A stretch of DNA of 63,394 nucleotides, filler included, from Octopus bimaculoides (Eukaryota), in assembly GCF_001194135.2 (NCBI RefSeq). It is 3 parts of 3 records of this genome, joined end to end, with 100 filler letters (N's around TTAATTAATTAA, not from the genome) between each part and the next. Parts side by side here need not be neighbours in the genome. Positions count along the whole stretch, not along the records: positions 39,247 to 63,394 come from NC_068983.1; 2 more parts are not named here. One strand, written 5' to 3'. The notes beneath the pieces were generated by a model, which searched no databases, had not been told where the DNA came from, and saw only the letters and a list, made by a program, of their open reading frames with translations. Shown here in pieces: positions 60,953-63,394 of the stretch. The translations under genes and the position numbers were made by a program. Every line of letters begins with the position of its first letter. Within the stretch, counting starts at the first letter, position 1.

Positions 60953-61130
60953 CTACTAGCCACTACTACCTTGACCTCCGACTCTGTCCACCCACTCTGC
61001 CCACCTCCATCTACCATCTGTCATACCTTTCTACATACCTAAGCAATCTTTCTCTGCTGCAGACTTTAAATCTTACCTTCCCTTAAATAATTGCCATCCT
61101 TTTTCTCAACATCTCAACTTCTAATAATTA
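60953..61130 (+). repeat. Duplicate of 59754-59925 (PLE-like 3'UTR)
   Basis: CTAGCCACTACTAC.TTGACCTCCGACTC...AAATAATTGCCATCCTTTTTCTCA.CATCTCAACTT in both. Confidence 0.8.
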
Positions 61131-61240
61131 CGTACTTTCTAACTAGGTGCAGTCACCAAGATATCCCATTCGAGATTAAAATTATTTATAATTTCTAAAT
61201 CTTTACAAAGACGCAATATAAGCGCGAGCTTAACCATAAA

Positions 61241-61293
<53 letters not shown>

Positions 61294-62218
61294 CTGATGC
61301 GTCCTACCCAGCTCTTCGAAACGCCGGTGTTAAAACGGGGGTAGCTGATGAAGCAAAATGTTCTCTATGTGGCTTGTGTGTTTTCTAGTCTACGTTTTGT
61401 TTGCAATGTCCTGTACCTAGATATGCACCTATACATACAGGTGGATGTCGGTATGCACATACCTGTACGTATATATGCATATACTCATTTACTATTTGTT
61501 TTTACATAACCGAACGCAGCGTCAACAATTTTGTAAGTAGTTATCGCAACTTTATATTTTCCGACGCTACTCTATCTCGTTCTCTTTCTCTATCATTTCC
61601 CCCCTCTCGTTCTTCCTCTGTTTACTACTACGTATCTCTGTTTACCCCTCTCATTCTTCCTCTGTTACTACTACGTATCTCTTTTTCCCCCCTCGTACTT
61701 CCTCTCTTCCTCTTATCCTCTCGTTGCTCACCTATTCTTCTACTNNNNNNNNNNNNNNNNNNNNNNNNNNNNNNNNNNNNNNNNNNNNNNNNNNNNNNNN
61801 NNNNNNNNNNNNNNNNNNNNNNNNNNNNNNNNNNNNNNNNNNNNNNNNNNNNNNNNNNNNNNNNNNNNNNNNNNNNNNNNNNNNNNNNNNNNNNNNNNNN
61901 NNNNNNNNNNNNNNNNNNNNNNNNNNNNNNNNNNNNNNNNNNNNNNNNNNNNNNNNNNNNNNNNNNNNNNNNNNNNNNNNNNNNNNNNNNNNNNNNNNNN
62001 NNNNNNNNNNNNNNNNNNNNNNNNNNNNNNNNNNNNNNNNNNNNNNNNNNNNNNNNNNNNNNNNNNNNNNNNNNNNNNNNNNNNNNNNNNNNNNNNNNNN
62101 NNNNNNNNNNNNNNNNNNNNNNNNNNNNNNNNNNNNNNNNNNNNNNNNNNNNNNNNNNNNNNNNNNNNNNNNNNNNNNNNNNNNNNNNNNNNNNNNNNNN
62201 NNNNNNNNNNNNNNNNNN

Positions 62219-62262
<44 letters not shown>

Positions 62263-62699
62263 CATGTGTATGTGTGTGTGTGTGTGAGTTTGTGTGTGTG
62301 TAAGCGTGTGTGTGTGTGAGCGTGTGTGTGTAAGCGTGTGTTTTTGTAGGTGTGTGTGTATTTGCATAGTTTTTTCCGATATCTGACGAACACCCAGCAG
62401 ACTTTCAAATTAATGAATTTTTCGTTACAGGAAAAGCTGACTCTGTTATGATTTAGATGTCCATGACATTTAACTGAAGTCTTCGCTGAAAAGTTCCATG
62501 CCAGCTTATATAATACGATTTAAGAACGCTTACTTCTATCTCCCAGGAAATAATACTTAAATGAATAAATCCTGAAATATGAGAAGTCAATTTATTTTCA
62601 TTAAACACACGCCTACAACACACATACACATAATTTATAACACATAGTGCAAATATTCTCTTAATGATGAAATCGTTAACCGCCTTTTATACAACACAT

Positions 62700-63210
62700 C
62701 GCCTGTATAATGAAAGGGAAATTAAGATATACACCAATGTATATCTCTATTTAGTTGCCATTCTTACTACTCTCTTGTATGTATCGGAATCGTGGACACC
62801 CTGTATATAGCATTATAAACAACAAGGCGTCTTCCACAAAGGCTGTCTCAGGTCAATCTACGGGTGTTCAATAAAAGACAGAATTTAGTAAGTGGAAGAT
62901 TGTTGGAATCAATAGTTCCCTTTCACTGCCACAATGTCGTCAGAATGAATGACGAAAGAACACACAAAGCCGTCATGTATAGGCAGCTTGATAGTGGGCA
63001 CAGGCTCAGAGACAAAGACAAGCTATCCATTGCTCAGAGAAAAGGACAAGCTGAAAAGGAACCTCACAGCAGTCAATATTTCTCTCGCATCTCATATGTG
63101 CGTTGGAACAAACAATATGGAGATCGTCGAGGGAAAATGGACCTTGATTCTATGAACACTAACAGGATTGGAGTGCAAAGTAAAAGAAAAAAGCGGCTGC
63201 AAATATAGCG
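62700..63210 (+). mobile_element. RTE LINE RT C-terminal remnant followed by (CA)n
   Basis: AILTTLLYVSESWT...FHKGCLRSIYG, HVVRMNDER..KAVMY..L..GHR. Confidence 0.7.
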
Positions 63211-63394
63211 TCTGCACACACACACGCGCATACACACACACATTCACACACACACGCACACACACACTCACACACACACACTTGTATATATATATATATG
63301 AATGTATATCGACATATATTTCTACATACATATATATTTTATATATTTATGGCTATACTTGCATGTATATATGTATATATATATATATATATAT

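Noticed and set aside
61290-61365. Hammerhead-like pieces (GAAACGCCGGT ... CTGATGA), also 60225-60280 and 16330-16370
   Set aside because: I could not build stems I-III with a correct core in any topology; at best decayed remnants.

Overview
AT-rich, microsatellite- and retroposon-dense animal genomic DNA with many N gaps. The SINE repertoire suggests a coleoid cephalopod, probably Octopus (inference). Two artificial 100-bp spacers (44 N + TTAATTAATTAA + 44 N at 26916-27015 and 39147-39246) split the window into three blocks that may not be truly adjacent. Block 1 holds the 5' part of the core spliceosome gene PRPF8 on +: an ETS/YY1 promoter near 9.6 kb, a non-coding first exon, and four coding exons giving 255 aa. 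The gene stops at the first join. Block 2 holds the first coding exon of a probable prominin-like gene on -, which also runs into that join. Most of the remaining interpretable sequence is transposon-derived: five SINE-like families, REL-endonuclease (R4/Dong-like) LINEs, RTE LINEs, Penelope-like elements (PLEs), piggyBac with derived MITEs, mariner, Gypsy and a Helitron end. The most interesting signals are three. (1) A set of minimal type I hammerhead ribozymes: an intact one at 58630-58681, a U3-A8 compensated variant in a PLE just upstream of the first PRPF8 coding exon, and a repeated element fusing a Pol III tRNA head, a (TAA)n linker and a hammerhead-bearing PLE-like tail. (2) Two REL-LINE lineages associated with different microsatellites (ACAY/CA versus TAA). 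(3) Several template-switch or circular-DNA rearrangement footprints. No CRISPR array, rRNA or true tRNA gene is supported. All calls are by eye; nothing was searched or computed.
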